Source of the DNA: Oikopleura dioica
Lineage: Eukaryota; Animalia; Chordata
Direction of reading: 5' to 3'
Length of the DNA: 64,000 nucleotides
NCBI GenBank assembly: GCA_907165135.1
Contig: OU015566.1
Span: 1,674,001 to 1,738,000 of the forward strand
Of this stretch, positions 61,609 to 64,000 are shown piece by piece. The position numbers were made by a program, and so were the translations under genes. The notes beneath the pieces were generated by a model that made no database searches, was not told the origin of the DNA, and worked only from the letters and a program-made list of their open reading frames with translations. Positions within the stretch are counted from its first letter, which is position 1. Every line of letters begins with the position of its first letter.

Positions 61609-61815
61609 ATGAATATTTTTCTCTTTCTTTTTTCGATTTCCCTTTCCGCTTTTTCTTTGCCGAAAATCTTTGGAATAAAAAAGAAGAGCATGATGGATGA
61701 CAAAGAAGCATTCGAGAAAGTGATTATGTTTCAAAAGTTCAAGTACATGAGGAGAATGTTCGAAGACTCTCTGATGGGGAGCGATTCTTTTGGACCTTTT
61801 GCTGATCTTTTCTGA
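61609..61815 (+). CDS. Small secreted protein / possible prepropeptide (68 aa)
   Basis: Hydrophobic N-terminus MNIFLFLFSISLSAFS, basic sites KKK and RR, AATAAA ~25 nt after the stop. Confidence 0.5.
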   Translation: MNIFLFLFSISLSAFSLPKIFGIKKKSMMDDKEAFEKVIMFQKFKYMRRMFEDSLMGSDSFGPFADLF

Positions 61816-62284
61816 CCAACTGTTGATCGTAAAAATGAAAAATAAAATCAAAGAAACGTGAAAAAAATCTCAATTATTTCCGAAATTCAATGACCGGTTC
61901 AATTCCTTTCCGATGCGGTTAATAAATTCACTTATCTTTCTTTGAAAAATAAGCAAAGAAAAGATAAAGCATTGAATTAAAAATTTTTGAGACACGAAAA
62001 AAATATTTGTTTGTTGGGTATTTTTATGCAGTTGTGCGGTTAGTGCCTCCTCTGGAACGGAAATTTGAGAGCAACCTGATTGTGGCCGTCATTCGATGTC
62101 CCATTCAGCAGCGGTTTGCAAATCCACTATCAGAGGTTGCCAGATTCGAGCGCGCTCAAAAACCATAATGCCGAAAATGGGGGGAGGTTTCCTATTTTTT
62201 CATTGCTTGAAATAATTAAACAGAAACAATTATCTTGGTTAATAATATTTAATAAATCGTCTTGACGTATTAATACTTGTATGC

Positions 62285-62510
62285 AGGGATGTGCCTTTTC
62301 CTATTTTTTCGAGTGCGGTGCGGTGCGAAGTGCGATTTTTTTTGCGGGTTCTTCTGCGGTGCGAAGTGCGATTTTTTCAAATTTTTCTTCGCAGTACGAC
62401 GCAGAGTGCGAAGTGCGAAATATGGGGAAAAACTGCGGAAAATTTTGCGATAGTGCGAAAAGTGCGGAAGAACAGTGGTTTATCCCCATGTACCCTTAGC
62501 AGTCCAAAAG
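62285..62510. repeat. GTGCG(G/A)-rich degenerate MITE-like repeat
   Basis: Starts CAGGGATG; about 12 GTGCG motifs; right TIR is degenerate. Confidence 0.4.
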
Positions 62511-63101
62511 ATTTGATAGTATTAATGTAGCTTATGAAGAGCTGTAGAGCAAAATTGAGTTAACATATTGATACCCTTAAGTTATCACTATCAAATCGAC
62601 GGGAAGATCCAAAAAAAAAAGAAAAGGAGGAGAACAAAAATAGGAAAGAGTCTGCAAAAAAGTTGCAAGCGTTTTAATCCGTCCGATCCACTTCCGAGAT
62701 TAAATTTTCTGCCAATAAGTTCTAATCCGGATGATTAGAAATCGTAGCGTGCGATTATAATTGTTCGGAATGCGTTTTTTCTCTTTGATCAGGAATAATT
62801 CTACCTTGGCAATTATTCAAAAAGCGCTACCTCTGAGAAGAAGGAAACTTCGTTTTAGTTGATTGACGCGGGGTGTATCCCCTTAATCGAGATTAAAGTA
62901 TGCGAGATAAGATGCCTCTCGCCGGGCGGAAGTGGAGCTGAAGGAAGTTTAAACAAGAACTTTAGTACCCCTCTCCCGGGTCAGAAAACTTTCCCTTTGA
63001 ACTTTTGACACTTCCAGTTCCTCCTTGGGCTGTTTCTATTGGTTTTTCCCTCACGTGACTTTTTCGTCAAAGTTTCTAGGGCAGTATTTTTCAACATCTT
63101 T

Positions 63102-63540
63102 TAAACTTGGAATCTGGATTTCAAAACCTGTGCAGAAACCTGTGTCAGGGTTCCAAAAGAGCAGGGCTTTCAGAAAAGCCCAACCCTGACTCAGGTTTTC
63201 TACAAAGGTTATTAAAACTTGGAACCTTGATTTCATAACCTGTGTAGAAACCTGAGTCAGGGTTCAAAAAGAGCACGGCTTTCAGTAAACCCAACCCTGA
63301 CTCAGGTTTTTTACACAGGTGATTAAAACTTGGAACCTGGATTCCAAAACCTGTCCAGAAACCTGAGTCAGGGTTCAAAAGAGCAGGGCTTTTAGAAAAG
63401 CCGAACCCTGACTCAGGTTTTCTACACAGGTTATTAAAACTTCGAACCTGGATTCCATAACCTGTGCAGAATCCTGAGTCAGGGTTCCAAAAGAGCAGGG
63501 CTTTTAAAAATCCCTGACTCAGGTTTTCTACACAGGTTCC
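63102..63540. repeat. Satellite of four 111-112 bp internally palindromic units
   Basis: Unit starts 63103, 63215, 63326 and 63437. Each has arms AACCTGTGTAGAAACCTGAGTCAGGGTT / AACCCTGACTCAGGTTTTCTACACAGGTT. Confidence 0.92.
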
Positions 63541-64000
63541 TGAGCCCTGAGAAAGGCCTTTCCAGAAGATGAAAAAAATGAATCTGCCCCGAGGGGCGTT
63601 CTGGTCATATTTATTTCAGCTGTAATAATCTTTATGGAGCTGTGGTGGAGATTAAAACATTATGGATGGGGTCCGAGATTGCGCGCTACTCCGTCATTAA
63701 CTCTGGCAATAACCAGAAACCAATAACCCTTCTTAAACATTTCAATTATTCAGCGCCAGCCGATCGGATGGCCACAATGGGGTGATGGACGCCAGATTCG
63801 GGCACGCGCCCGCGCGCCCTAGGCACCTGAGCCCAGACGCAGCTGCCACTTCCAGCCATAAAATACTCCCTCTCAATAAAACTGTATTGATCGCGCTATT
63901 AGAAAAGTAACTACCTGAATTGTAGAAAAATCGTCAAATATTTCTCTCGATGTTTGCAAAATCATTGATTTTCTTCGAAATTTTAGGGAGTAAAAACTTG

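Noticed and set aside
63102-63540. CRISPR array
   Set aside because: The 'spacers' are conserved between units, there are no cas genes and the context is eukaryotic; it is a satellite.
1-64000. tRNA, rRNA, SL RNA or autonomous transposase/RT genes
   Set aside because: No recognisable motifs seen by eye; tRNAscan, Infernal and HMMER were not run.

Overview
Compact, AT-rich eukaryotic (animal) DNA, not prokaryotic. The 40-75 nt introns, several GA-AG introns, TTTCAG-type acceptors just upstream of start codons, tightly packed co-oriented genes and gene families (catalytically dead PLA2-like domains, Cys-rich/Kelch-like secreted protein, EGF/poly-Thr mucin) suggest the larvacean tunicate Oikopleura (inference). 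Most ORF-track calls are shadow ORFs, so I rebuilt genes by hand across introns. Left to right: two tandem paralogs of an unknown protein, a DEG/ENaC channel, a PLA2-like protein, an AT-hook protein, METTL25, a Cys-rich/Kelch-like secreted protein, an EGF-mucin-PLA2-like protein, a coiled-coil/RS protein, a CUB-TM protein, a ~14 kb EGF/poly-Thr mucin gene, an AADAC-like esterase, an anion-type Cys-loop receptor, an SLC26 transporter, an SH2 protein, an RNF126/115-like E3 and a small secreted ORF. About 20 non-autonomous TIR elements are present (TTAA-, TA- and 8-bp-TSD types, a foldback and nested stacks), with no transposase gene seen. The most striking observation is a hAT-like element inserted mid-exon at 15040-15776 whose target-site duplication and CAG terminus create a GA-AG intron that exactly restores the reading frame, i.e. 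an apparent intron birth. The mucin's nine phase-0 poly-Thr exons are also notable. No rRNA, tRNA or CRISPR array was found. All gene models are manual and lack transcript evidence.
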